From: Candidatus Hydrogenedentota bacterium
GTDB taxonomy: Bacteria; Hydrogenedentota; Hydrogenedentia; Hydrogenedentales; SLHB01
Assembly (NCBI GenBank): GCA_963745075.1
Contig: CAVUWV010000032.1
Coordinates: forward strand, 32,001-96,000
Length of the DNA: 64,000 nt
Reading direction: 5' to 3'
The translations under genes were made by a program, and so were the position numbers. Of the stretch, positions 40,056 to 49,759 are shown in pieces. Below the pieces are notes generated by a model. That model made no database searches. It had not been told where the DNA came from and saw nothing but the letters and a program-made list of their open reading frames with translations. Every line of letters starts with the position of its first letter. Positions within the stretch are counted from its first letter, which is position 1.

Positions 40056-40766
40056 CACACCGGAATGATGGAAGTTTTTGCGGAAAGCCTCCTGCCGAAA
40101 GGGTCACCCCGCTCTGACCTTTTTTGACGAAACAAGGGGGAGTTGATTACGGATTGCAGATCTCGGATTGTGGATCCCCGGCGGGTTCTTTCTGTAAGTA
40201 TAGTTTGGGTATTAGGTTGCACGGGATACCTCCGAAAGCCGGGGGGCTGGAAGACCCGGGGGGGGTGCGAATATTGTTTTGACGAAACAAGGGGGGGGTG
40301 ATCGCGTTCCCGGCGTTCGCGAGGATGACGTGCGGATTTTGAATTGCGGATTTTCCGAGTGCGGTGGCCAGTTTCGGGAGGTATTGGAGTTGGCGCAGAG
40401 GTAGGCGATGTAGACTCGAACTTGGCGGGGGTATGGTCCGAGTATGTTGGCATTGCGGTTGCCCAGGGGGGGCACAATCGGTGTTTCATGGACGGATTTC
40501 TCCTTATAGATATAGCGCAGGGGGTTGCACCGGAGTCGGGGTGTAGACCTGACCTTCGAGCCGTACCGTAGCGGCATCGAACGGACCCACTTTTTGGCGA
40601 AAGGGGAACGGACAAGAATGCAGAGACAGCAGAGACACCAAGGACAGCAGGGACAACGAACGCAAATGCTCCCGTCTGCCAAGCGCTTTTGCGATTCGGG
40701 AGTTGGCGCTAGATTCCCGGATTGCATGCGGAGCTTCGTCGTTCTAACAAGAGGAATTGAGCCGTG

Positions 40767-41681
40767 ATGCGAATCTTGTGGTTGGTTGTCTTCTCGGCGT
40801 TGATGGCTTCGTGCTGTTCATGGGCCGCAAACATCGATACGCCGGAAACAACGGTCCTGCCTCCTGACGGATACCTCTTCGTCGCGAATGTCCCGTACGG
40901 CGTAGCCTCCGAGGCGCAGCGTCTCGATATTCTATACCCGCCGCACGCGGAACGACCGCTGCCCGCCATCGTTCACATTCATGGAGGCGGCTGGTATTTG
41001 GGTGATAAGGGCGGTGACTCCACGCTGGCGATGATGTGCCGGTTTGCGGAAGCCGGGTTCGTTGTTCTGTCCATCGATTACCGCCTGTCGGGCGAAGCAA
41101 CTTTTCCGGCCGCCGTGGAAGACTGCAAGCTGGCGATCCGCTGGTTGCGCGCCCACGCCGAACAATTTCATGTCGACCCCGACCGTATCGGGGTCATCGG
41201 CGGCTCGGCAGGGGGACATCTGAGCGCCATGCTCGCCGTAACGCGGCCCGAAGACGGGTTCGACCGAAGCGGCCGCTACCAGGACTACTCGAGTGCCGTG
41301 CAGGCCGCCGTGCCGGTGTGCGGGCCCATGGACCTGCGCGTCCCCCTCGCGCCGGCACTGTTCTCCGGGGACGATCCGGCGGTGGTGCGATTCCTCGGTG
41401 GCCCGCTGGCCAAGAAGTCTGAGGAAGCGCGTCGCGCGTCGCCGATCACGTACGTGCGGAAGGACCTCCCGCCGATGCTGCTGATCCACGGGTCGGCCGA
41501 CAAACGTGTGTTGGTCGATCAGTCCAAGGATTTCGCCGATGCCCTGGCCGCCGCCGGGGCCCCGTACGAATTGCTCGTTGTTGAAGGCGGCCACCACGGC
41601 ATGGCTATGGCCCGGGAAGGCGATGGCGGACAGCGGGTTCTGCGATTCTTTGTTGAACATCTTCGGGACCGGGCGAAGTAG
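40767..41681 (+). CDS. Secreted alpha/beta hydrolase (esterase, HSL/BD-FAE-like)
   Basis: HGGGW, IDYRL, GGSAGGHL, IHGSADKRV, GGHHG. Confidence 0.92.
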   Translation: MRILWLVVFSALMASCCSWAANIDTPETTVLPPDGYLFVANVPYGVASEAQRLDILYPPHAERPLPAIVHIHGGGWYLGDKGGDSTLAMMCRFAEAGFVVLSIDYRLSGEATFPAAVEDCKLAIRWLRAHAEQFHVDPDRIGVIGGSAGGHLSAMLAVTRPEDGFDRSGRYQDYSSAVQAAVPVCGPMDLRVPLAPALFSGDDPAVVRFLGGPLAKKSEEARRASPITYVRKDLPPMLLIHGSADKRVLVDQSKDFADALAAAGAPYELLVVEGGHHGMAMAREGDGGQRVLRFFVEHLRDRAK

Positions 41682-41831
41682 GCTCAATATTCGTTCGACA
41701 GAGAACCAGTTGAGTTACGGTTTTCCATTCCCACCGTTCATGAACATTCCGTAATCTTGCCGCGCCGTTCCCTGTCATCGTGTTCTGGCATCCTTGAATC
41801 GTAGCGAGAATGGCTACGTGGGAGACGAACG

Positions 41832-43079
41832 ATGACTAAATACTGCATTGCCAGCGCGTCGATTCTCATGGGGCTGTACCTGATGTTCAGCGCGGGGATC
41901 TCATTGGCACCGCCGGAGGGCGGGGTGATGTATCCCGTCGTCGACACGGGGCAATGGCAGTTCTACGACGCCAAAGAAGAGATTACGCAGCCCGCACCCG
42001 GCGCACCGTTTGACGGCCAGGACGCGGCGTACCAGGGGCTCGCCCCCGCGTACCGGGACAACGGCGACGGCACGGTCACGGATCTGAACACCGGTTTGAT
42101 GTGGGCGCAATACCCGGGCGAGAAGGTCCCGTGGGAGACCGCGATGGCCGGGACCCGGGAGTTCGACCTGGCAGGATATTCGGACTGGCGGTTGCCGACG
42201 ATCAAGGAACTGTATTCGCTGATTCTGTTTAACGGCACGGATCCCATTCCGGATCCGAATGGTGGCGACCAGTCGCCGATTCCGTTCATTGATACAAATT
42301 ACTTCGCCTTCCGCTACGGCGATCCGTCGCGCAACGAACGCCTTATCGACGCCCAGTACTGGTCGAGCACGCGGTACGTGTCCACAACGATGAAAGGCAA
42401 CCGGACGGCGTTCGGCGTGAACTTTGCCGACGGCCGCATCAAGGGTTATCCGATCGGAGTCATCGGCCCGCCCGGGTTGCAACACACGATGCTCGGGTTC
42501 GCACGGTACGTCCGGGGCAACCGCCAGTATGGACAGAACCGCTTTGTGGACAACGGCGACGGAACCATCTCGGATCTCGCCACGGGACTCATGTGGACGA
42601 AGGCCGACAGCGGGCAGGGAATGAACTGGGAACAGGCCCTGTCGTTCTCGGAAAACCTGGATTCCGCCGGACATACGGACTGGCGTCTTCCAAACGCCAA
42701 GGAACTGCAGAGTATCGTCGACTATGCGCGGTCCCCCGCCACCACCGGCACGGCAGCGAATGATCCCATCTTTGATGTCACTCCGATTGTTGACGAAGCA
42801 GGCAATCAGGATTTCCCCTATTTCTGGACCAGCACCACCCACGCCTCCGTCCTGGGGACTGCGGATTCCGCCGTCTACATCGCCTTCGGCACCGCATACG
42901 GGTACATGCGGATTCCTCCCTGGTCGCCGACCTACGAATTGCTGGACGTGCACGGCGCGGGCGCGCAACGCTCCGATATTAAGGCCGGCGACCCGGCGTC
43001 TCTCCCCGCCGGACGGGGTCCACAAGGCGACGTAATTCGGATCTTTAACTTCGTTCGCTGCGTGCGGGATATCGAGTAG
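41832..43079 (+). CDS. DUF1566 (Lcl C-terminal-like) domain secreted protein
   Basis: Two copies of DNGDGTxxDxxTGLMW...DWRLPxxKEL; VDTGQ; ends FVRCVR. Confidence 0.9.
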   Translation: MTKYCIASASILMGLYLMFSAGISLAPPEGGVMYPVVDTGQWQFYDAKEEITQPAPGAPFDGQDAAYQGLAPAYRDNGDGTVTDLNTGLMWAQYPGEKVPWETAMAGTREFDLAGYSDWRLPTIKELYSLILFNGTDPIPDPNGGDQSPIPFIDTNYFAFRYGDPSRNERLIDAQYWSSTRYVSTTMKGNRTAFGVNFADGRIKGYPIGVIGPPGLQHTMLGFARYVRGNRQYGQNRFVDNGDGTISDLATGLMWTKADSGQGMNWEQALSFSENLDSAGHTDWRLPNAKELQSIVDYARSPATTGTAANDPIFDVTPIVDEAGNQDFPYFWTSTTHASVLGTADSAVYIAFGTAYGYMRIPPWSPTYELLDVHGAGAQRSDIKAGDPASLPAGRGPQGDVIRIFNFVRCVRDIE

Positions 43080-43208
43080 GACATTCCCGAGCAACTTGAC
43101 TTCTTTTGGGTCCGTTCAATCGTATTCGATCTCGTGGTACTCCGAAAATCGCAAAACTCATTCGGGGATCTGGTAGGTTGGGAATGATTCCCGACCAGTC
43201 TCTTCCGG

Positions 43209-43236
43209 TTGACTTCAGGCTTGGCCGTGGCATAAT
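43209..43236 (+). promoter_or_regulatory. Candidate sigma70 promoter for the TMEM175 gene
   Basis: TTGACT-N16-CATAAT with TGn extension. Confidence 0.45.
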
Positions 43237-43331
43237 GCTGACCGAGTTGCTGCATGGCCCGTCCGTAGCGATTCACGTTGCGAAAGACGCCACACGTCAG
43301 CATCAACGCAACCCCAGGAGCACTAATTTTC

Positions 43332-43901
43332 ATGACAAAGTCCCGGCTCGAAGCGTTCAGCGACGGGGTGATCGCCATTCTCATCACGATCATGGTGCTG
43401 GAAATGAAAGTGCCCCACGGTACGGACTGGGGTGCATTGCGGCCGTTGGTCCCCGTCTTACTTGCGTATGTGCTGAGTTTCGCCTATCTCGGAATCTACT
43501 GGAACAACCACCACCACATGCTGCACGCAACCGACCGCATCGGAGGCAATGTGCTGTGGGCCAATCTGCACTTGTTGTTCTGGTTGTCGCTGATCCCATT
43601 TGTAACGGGGTGGATGAGTGAGAACCACTTCCCTAAGGTCCCGGCGATGGCCTATGGGTTCGTGCTGTTAATGGCGGCGATTGCCTATTCAATCCTGCAA
43701 ATGACGATCCTGACCCATCAAGGCGCCAACTCCAAACTACGCGACGCCGTCGGGAAGGATAGGAAGGGAAAAGCGTCGATCGTGCTGTACCTGGCCGCTA
43801 TCGCCGTTGCCCTTGTCAGCCAATGGATTTCGATTTCGATCTATATCCTCGTGGCGTTAATGTGGTTCATTCCAGACCGCCGCATCGAATCGAAGCTGTA
43901 A
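43332..43901 (+). CDS. TMEM175 family (DUF1211) potassium channel
   Basis: RLEAFSDGVIAILITIMVLE, IYWNNHHH, WFIPDRRIE. Confidence 0.93.
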   Translation: MTKSRLEAFSDGVIAILITIMVLEMKVPHGTDWGALRPLVPVLLAYVLSFAYLGIYWNNHHHMLHATDRIGGNVLWANLHLLFWLSLIPFVTGWMSENHFPKVPAMAYGFVLLMAAIAYSILQMTILTHQGANSKLRDAVGKDRKGKASIVLYLAAIAVALVSQWISISIYILVALMWFIPDRRIESKL

Positions 43902-43929
43902 AATCTACGTACAAACGGTCAACAACACT

Positions 43930-45561
43930 CTAATCTCGCGGCATGCGAAGCCCGGCGACAGTAACGCTAAAGCGGTCCGGAGCCGGCAAGTCCATCGAGA
44001 GATCCAATTCCAGGAGCTTGGCAAACGCGGCAACGACCGCGAGGCCAATGCCACTGTGGGACGTGTCCGACCGGGCCGGGTCTTTACGCCAAAACGGTTC
44101 GATGAGGCGCGGAAGATCTGCCGCGTCAAGGTGGACGTTGGTGTTGGTGACGCGCAGCGCGGCCTGCGATTCGTGGACGACGAGTTCCACGGTTACCGTC
44201 CCGTCGCGCGGCGTGTAATGCTCCACGTTGGCCAACAGATTTACGACGATCGCGGAAAGCAGTGTGCGGTCCGTTCTAACCGCGGTCTGGGCCGGCACCA
44301 GGAATTCGGTCCGCAGCCCGTGTTCTCCGGCCTCGGCAGCCAGCGGCCGCCACGCCTCCGCAACGACCGCCGCAAGGTCCACCCGCTCGTGACTCACTTC
44401 ATACTGACCCGACGCGCAACGTGCCAGTGTCAACAAGGCCGCAACGAGATGGTCCATTTGCGTGGCGATGGCGAGGACGTCGCTAAGGTATGCTTCTCGG
44501 TCTTCGTGCCCGTCTTGAATCTCTCCGGATCGCAGCCCGACTTCTGCAAGCGTACGCAACTCGGCGATGGGCGTGCGCAGTTCGTGCGCCACGTCGGACG
44601 TAAATCGCTTTTCCCGGAGGAATGCTGTTTCCAACCGGCCGAGCAGCTCATTGAGGCGCATTGTGATGGGAGTCAATTCATCAGGCAGCCCCTTTGCGGG
44701 GAAGCGGTCTGTCAAATTCCCGGCATCAATAGCGGTGGCTTGATGGGCCAACGCGTTCAAGGGAGCCAGTTCCCGTGCCACGGTCCGCCGGACCACCCAC
44801 GCGGCGCCGCCCACAAGAAGAAAGCCGCTGAGCACCATGCCGACCATGAGGACGCGTAGAGCCTCGTCAAGGTCGCCACGGGACCGTGCCATCGCAATCA
44901 CCAATTCCTCGTTATCGAGTGGTGCCGATTCCCCGGAAACCGACAAGCGGGGCCGAAACCGAAGCGCGACAATACGTCCCGGCCGACCGTCCGGCAGCTC
45001 TGCATTACGAAAGACTGGGGAACCGCCGACAACCTGCGGCGCCGGCAACGTGGCCTCGTCAAGAGAAGGTGACTTCGCCACGACTTCCCGGTCCTCGTCC
45101 CACACTTGGTAATACTCGGACCGGTCCGATCGCTGAAACTCGGGAAGGGCAGCTTCGTGAAAGGCAAACCCGTATTCGTCATTTAGACCCAGATACCCGC
45201 CGGTGCCCGAAACCAGGAATTCGGACTCGACACCTTCGCGCAGGCATTCGACCTTGTAATAGACTCGGCCGTCGCGAATGATTTGTTCGACCTCCGTGAT
45301 CTTTGCGGACCCGGCTTTTTGATCGATCGTGGTTCGGGCCGGGTCCGGCACCGCCGCGAGCGCAACCCGTACACCTTCGATTTCTTCGGACGTACGGTCG
45401 CTCAATACAGCAAAAGCGCGCGCCTTTCCCAGCAGAGATTCATCGAACTGACGGGTCAGCGCGCCCCGCACGCCCACGTACAAGACTGCCCCGCAAATCA
45501 CCGAGATGAGCAGGAGGCCTTTCGCGAGCCCAATGGTCAGTTCCTTACGAATCGATCTCAT
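43930..45561 (-). CDS. Sensor histidine kinase (CusS/QseC-like) with PepSY-like insertion
   Basis: Two TMs, HAMP, FTSDVAHELRTP, NLLANVEHYT, PFWR, GIGLA; start overlaps regulator stop. Confidence 0.92.
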   Translation of the reverse strand: MRSIRKELTIGLAKGLLLISVICGAVLYVGVRGALTRQFDESLLGKARAFAVLSDRTSEEIEGVRVALAAVPDPARTTIDQKAGSAKITEVEQIIRDGRVYYKVECLREGVESEFLVSGTGGYLGLNDEYGFAFHEAALPEFQRSDRSEYYQVWDEDREVVAKSPSLDEATLPAPQVVGGSPVFRNAELPDGRPGRIVALRFRPRLSVSGESAPLDNEELVIAMARSRGDLDEALRVLMVGMVLSGFLLVGGAAWVVRRTVARELAPLNALAHQATAIDAGNLTDRFPAKGLPDELTPITMRLNELLGRLETAFLREKRFTSDVAHELRTPIAELRTLAEVGLRSGEIQDGHEDREAYLSDVLAIATQMDHLVAALLTLARCASGQYEVSHERVDLAAVVAEAWRPLAAEAGEHGLRTEFLVPAQTAVRTDRTLLSAIVVNLLANVEHYTPRDGTVTVELVVHESQAALRVTNTNVHLDAADLPRLIEPFWRKDPARSDTSHSGIGLAVVAAFAKLLELDLSMDLPAPDRFSVTVAGLRMPRD

Positions 45562-46235
45562 GCTTCCGCCTGGCGCAGCACGTATCCCATCCCCCGCCGG
45601 GTCTGGATGAGGGACGGTTGGTCGGGCCCGTCGATCTTCTTGCGCAGGAGACAAACGGTTGAATCGACCACGTTGCTCATGGGTTCCACGCGTTCGTCAT
45701 AGATACGGTGTTCGATCTCCGCCCGCGTCACCACTTCGCCCCGGCGCAACGCGAGCAGTTCCAGCAGGGCGTATTGGCGAGGTGACAAGTCGACCGGCTG
45801 GCCGTCCCGGGTTACCACGCGCGCAATCGTATCGATGGCTAGATGGCCAACGGCGATCCGCCCGCTCTTTTCGTGGTACTTCCGGCGGACCAACGCCTGC
45901 ACGCGCGCCAGGAGTTCTTCGAACGCAAAGGGTTTGATCAGGTAGTCGTCGGCGCCCTGTGCGAATCCGTGCACCCGGTCGGGAACGGTATCCTTGGCCG
46001 TGAGGATAAGGACATGGGCATCGGACCCGTTGGCGCGCAGATTTTGCAGGACCGTAATGCCGTCCATTTTGGGCAGCATCAGATCCAGCACGATAACGTC
46101 GTAATCATTCTCGGTCGCCAGCCAAAGACCTTCCTCGCCGTCGCCCGCCGTATCCACGGCCCAACCGGACATGCGCAGACCTTTGCCCACGTAGTGTTGC
46201 AGACGTTCAGAATCTTCTACCAATAAAATGCGCAC
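45558..46235 (-). CDS. OmpR-family response regulator
   Basis: ILLVED, LDLMLP, GADDYLIKPF, SNVVD, IQTRRGMGY. Confidence 0.96.
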   Translation of the reverse strand: MRILLVEDSERLQHYVGKGLRMSGWAVDTAGDGEEGLWLATENDYDVIVLDLMLPKMDGITVLQNLRANGSDAHVLILTAKDTVPDRVHGFAQGADDYLIKPFAFEELLARVQALVRRKYHEKSGRIAVGHLAIDTIARVVTRDGQPVDLSPRQYALLELLALRRGEVVTRAEIEHRIYDERVEPMSNVVDSTVCLLRKKIDGPDQPSLIQTRRGMGYVLRQAEA

Positions 46236-46333
46236 GCTGTCTGCACCCTATGGTTATCGAAGAAGAATCGGGAGCCCGCACATCAACGCCGGGCCCCCCT
46301 TTAGTCTACCTGAATTAGGTGTCCAATATCGGA

Positions 46334-47053
46334 CTAGTCCTCGTCATCGAGCCGCTGACCATTGGCGAGCATTCGTATTTCGTGCGTGCGGCCCTTCGAT
46401 TTCAGTTCGACTTCGTAAAAGGTCACCGTGACTTGCTGCACCTCATGAACCTCTGCGTTCGGGCCGATTTGAGCCAAACGCTGGACGACACCATCCGGTA
46501 GGCTGGACGTGGCAATCTTCTCTTCCGTCTCGAGGGTGTCACCGGTATCCGAAAGCTTGACCGAATATTCGGTTCCGTTCGTCTCGAATTCGGCTTCATA
46601 GGTGGTGAAACCGTCTTCGACTTCACGAGTTAACTTTTCCGGTACGGTTGCTCCCAACACCGCGGTCAACCCGTCTTGTACGGATTTGGGCAGCTGGTCC
46701 CACGTGACTGCTTGTTCCGCTTGGTCTTCCGCCGCGCCTTCACCGTCATCGTCATCGTCGGCGTCTTCTGCTTCAGGCCCGAGATATTCGCCCGAAGCGG
46801 AAACCTGGAATTCGACCTCCTGGCCGTTCACCTGTTGTTCGATTTCGTACACAACCACGCCTTCCTCGGTTTCACGCTTGATCTTCGCGATGGGTTGTTG
46901 CCCTGCGTGTTGTTCAATGGCGGTCCGTACCGCGGCGGGGAGTTGGTCGATCGAATACACCTGGGCCTCGGCGAGTGCGTTCGAAATTGCGACCGTACCG
47001 AGCGTGCCGAGCGCCAACGCAAATACGATTAACGACCCTATAGTTTTCTTCAT
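46334..47053 (-). CDS. Secreted acidic protein with three PepSY-like repeats
   Basis: Signal peptide ending ALA; repeats starting DQLPAAV, DQLPKSV, SSLPDGV, each with YE.E...G; Asp/Glu-rich linker; AAGGAG RBS. Confidence 0.82.
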   Translation of the reverse strand: MKKTIGSLIVFALALGTLGTVAISNALAEAQVYSIDQLPAAVRTAIEQHAGQQPIAKIKRETEEGVVVYEIEQQVNGQEVEFQVSASGEYLGPEAEDADDDDDGEGAAEDQAEQAVTWDQLPKSVQDGLTAVLGATVPEKLTREVEDGFTTYEAEFETNGTEYSVKLSDTGDTLETEEKIATSSLPDGVVQRLAQIGPNAEVHEVQQVTVTFYEVELKSKGRTHEIRMLANGQRLDDED

Positions 47054-47174
47054 CGGTCTGACTCCTTTGTGAAGTGTGTTGCCCTTCCGCCACATGCGAC
47101 GGAAGAGATAGCCATGGTTCTTCTCCTGCCGCGAGGACCTCGAAGAACGCTGGTAGGACTATGCCACCGGCCAC

Positions 47175-47193
47175 ATTACGGGAAGATTACGGG
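47175..47193 (-). promoter_or_regulatory. Candidate OmpR-family operator (11-bp-period direct repeat)
   Basis: ATTACGGG-aag-ATTACGGG, just upstream of a minus-strand TGGCATAGT -10-like box ahead of the PepSY-RR-HK genes. Confidence 0.55.
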
Positions 47194-47202
47194 GTGCCGG
47201 AC

Positions 47203-47889
47203 TTATGACGCCGCGTGCAGCACGAGCACCTCGTTGCCGCCCCGCTGGAACTCATAGGGCACCGTGCGAAGGGTTGCTGTAACCTCCTCCGTCGCAAGTC
47301 GTTCCATCAACGGCGCCAAATGGAGTGAGCGCGAGAGGGACAGTGTCAGCAGGGGAAAAACCCGAACTTCCCGTGCCACTCGCCACATTTCCCGTATGGC
47401 GGCTTCGTGAAACGCGAGGGAAAGCTGGTCGGAATAGAGAAACAGGAAATGCGAACACAGAGCGAGGTCGAACTGACCATCCGGGAAGGGCAACTGCGGC
47501 AGTTCACCCGCCACGTAACGGCCGTTTCGGTGGGTGCCAGCATAATCTTCGAGGAATCGTTCAATCGCACGTTCCCGGTTCTTGCGCAACCGTTCCGGCG
47601 TTTGATGGTAGGTCCAGACCCAATCCTCCGGGCTCGCGGCAACTTGCGCGATGATACCGTCGACACAGGCGTCGAATCGTTGCCGAATGGCGCCGGCCGG
47701 GAGCGCATAGAGCGGATCAACCGACGTTACTCGGATTCCTTGCCGCCACGCTTCGGCGTTGAAACTTGCCGGACCATCGCCAACGCCGAGAATGCTGCCG
47801 TTGAGGTCCGCGTCCGAGAGGTCGAACATGCGGCGGTACTCATCCAACGAGCGGCCGAAGGGGACCACGCTGTCCAGCTTCACCGCCAC
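47203..47889 (-). CDS. SAM-dependent methyltransferase-like protein
   Basis: GRSLDEYRRMF, GDGPASFNAE, LPFPDGQFDLALCSHFLFLYS. Confidence 0.85.
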   Translation of the reverse strand: MAVKLDSVVPFGRSLDEYRRMFDLSDADLNGSILGVGDGPASFNAEAWRQGIRVTSVDPLYALPAGAIRQRFDACVDGIIAQVAASPEDWVWTYHQTPERLRKNRERAIERFLEDYAGTHRNGRYVAGELPQLPFPDGQFDLALCSHFLFLYSDQLSLAFHEAAIREMWRVAREVRVFPLLTLSLSRSLHLAPLMERLATEEVTATLRTVPYEFQRGGNEVLVLHAAS

Positions 47890-47930
47890 AGGGTGAACTC
47901 CGGGATGGATTCAATAGGCGCGAAGTTCAT

Positions 47931-48350
47931 CTAAAACGTATTCCCCTCCGCAAGCAAGTCGAGTTCTTCTCCACCCGATTCGAAAACGAGGGAAGAGAAG
48001 TTCCAGGTGCCTGCGGACTTGGTCGCATTCAGAAATACGTTGCCGTTTCCTTTCGGTCCCGAAAGGGGAACGATAAGATTAGCCTCTCCCGATGCGCCGC
48101 TAACGTTGATGTCTCCGGTAACCAGATAGCCTTCCTCGATGGGTGTACCCAACGCGGCTTGGACAGCGGGACTGGCCTTGGCCCGCGCCACCGCGTCCTG
48201 ATACACGTCCGACGACTTCATGACGCCGAACACGAGCATCACCAGAATCGCAATGAACCCCACCGCTGCGACGGCCATGCTAAGGCAGCCGACGAGGACC
48301 ACCCAAAACCAATTGCGGCCAAACCAATTCTTGTTGGGTTGTTGTGTCAT
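47931..48350 (-). CDS. Coa1-like (cytochrome oxidase assembly factor 1 family) membrane protein
   Basis: WFGRNWFW, one TM, KSSDVYQDAV...ALGTPI...GEANL...GPKGNG. Confidence 0.75.
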   Translation of the reverse strand: MTQQPNKNWFGRNWFWVVLVGCLSMAVAAVGFIAILVMLVFGVMKSSDVYQDAVARAKASPAVQAALGTPIEEGYLVTGDINVSGASGEANLIVPLSGPKGNGNVFLNATKSAGTWNFSSLVFESGGEELDLLAEGNTF

Positions 48351-48580
48351 GATTTCCCTTTCCCACGCCGGTATAGTACTTCCGCCGGGCCTGTTCCGAA
48401 GACACCTGGTTATAATCGGCCGGCTTCCGGCAACTGCCGGAGGCAAGCCCACACTTCCCAGACTCGTATTTAACACGCGGGGACGGTCCACGGGAAGTTC
48501 GCGTAATTCGCGAATGTCTTTGGCGCGCCGCGTCGGTGTCCGGTATAATCGCCAACTTACACTACCACCTAGAATTACAG

Positions 48581-49759
48581 ATGGGAGACGGCTTGGACGC
48601 GATTTTTGGCAGACGGCTTGCAGCGCCGGCACGGGAACGGCGCGTAGGACCAATTTTCGGCCTGTTGACACGCTACGTCCTTTGGGAAATCGCCGTACCC
48701 GCGATGATGGCTATTGCTGTCATTGGATTTGTCGGCGTAGCGAATGAATTGCGCGAGCGTCGCACTGCTCTGCCGCTGGAATTCATTACCGGCTGGGACA
48801 TCACACGGCTTGTCTTCTATTTCTCTCCCACGTTGATTGCCTACATCATTCCCATCACGCTCATGTTCGGGGTCCTGTTGGCGTTCGGGCGCTTGGCCCA
48901 GAACAACGAAATTACCGCGATGAAAGCTGCCGGCATCCCGTTGAAACGAATGGTCGTACCCGTGATCGGCGTGGGCGTGGTGCTCAGTGGGCTGTCCTTT
49001 GAATTGATGGACCGCGTCCAACCCTGGGCGGCGGCCAAGGCGAATCACCTGCTCTACGTCGAACTACCCGAACGCATCACCCTTGAAGTTCTGCCGCCCG
49101 GAACGGTTCACGAGGTCGGCGATGCACGCGTGTATTTCGGGGGACGCGACAAGGCGACAAAAACATTGACAGATGTGGTCTTCCGCGAGTTTCACAGCGG
49201 GGGCGAATGGGTGTTTTACGCGAAGTCAGCCCGCTTCGTCGACAGTTCCGACGGCGCTAAGCTGGAACTCTACGACGGCCGCATCATCCGGCCGCAAGTG
49301 GGCAATATCGTAGTCCCCATCGTCTTCCCGCATTGGACGGTGTCCGTGCCTGAAGCATTTATTCGCCAGGCGCCCAGCCAGCGGCACACCTTGACCTTGA
49401 ACGAATTGTTCGCCAGGGAGAAGGAGGCCGCACAAGTGCAGAAGAACTCCCCAACGAAATCGAATGCCGAGGATCTGCGCAAAACACGTACGGAGATTGC
49501 CGACCGAATTACCTTGCCCCTGGCATCGCTGGCCGTGTGCTTTCTCGCGGCGCCGTTGGCCGTGCGTTCGCCGCGGTCCGGCCGTTCGTACAGTTTTGCG
49601 CTTGGCGCGGGAATTATCTTCGTCTTCTACATGGCACGCATGCTGCTCGATCCAACGCACCTCGTGACGCTTAACGACGCCATCCTCCGTGGGCTGGCGC
49701 CGAGTCTGTTGCTCATCGCCTTGGGTGCAGTCGCCCTGTGGCGGGTGGACCGGGTATGA
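48581..49759 (+). CDS. lptF: LptF/LptG family permease (LptF-like; start uncertain)
   Basis: LTRYVLWE, GRLAQNNEITAMKAAGI, RSGRSYSF; 3+3 TM layout. Confidence 0.8.
   Translation: MGDGLDAIFGRRLAAPARERRVGPIFGLLTRYVLWEIAVPAMMAIAVIGFVGVANELRERRTALPLEFITGWDITRLVFYFSPTLIAYIIPITLMFGVLLAFGRLAQNNEITAMKAAGIPLKRMVVPVIGVGVVLSGLSFELMDRVQPWAAAKANHLLYVELPERITLEVLPPGTVHEVGDARVYFGGRDKATKTLTDVVFREFHSGGEWVFYAKSARFVDSSDGAKLELYDGRIIRPQVGNIVVPIVFPHWTVSVPEAFIRQAPSQRHTLTLNELFAREKEAAQVQKNSPTKSNAEDLRKTRTEIADRITLPLASLAVCFLAAPLAVRSPRSGRSYSFALGAGIIFVFYMARMLLDPTHLVTLNDAILRGLAPSLLLIALGAVALWRVDRV

Noticed and set aside
40056..48350. Genomic island or prophage
   Set aside because: Content looks accessory, but there is no integrase, transposase, phage gene, tRNA anchor or flanking att repeat.
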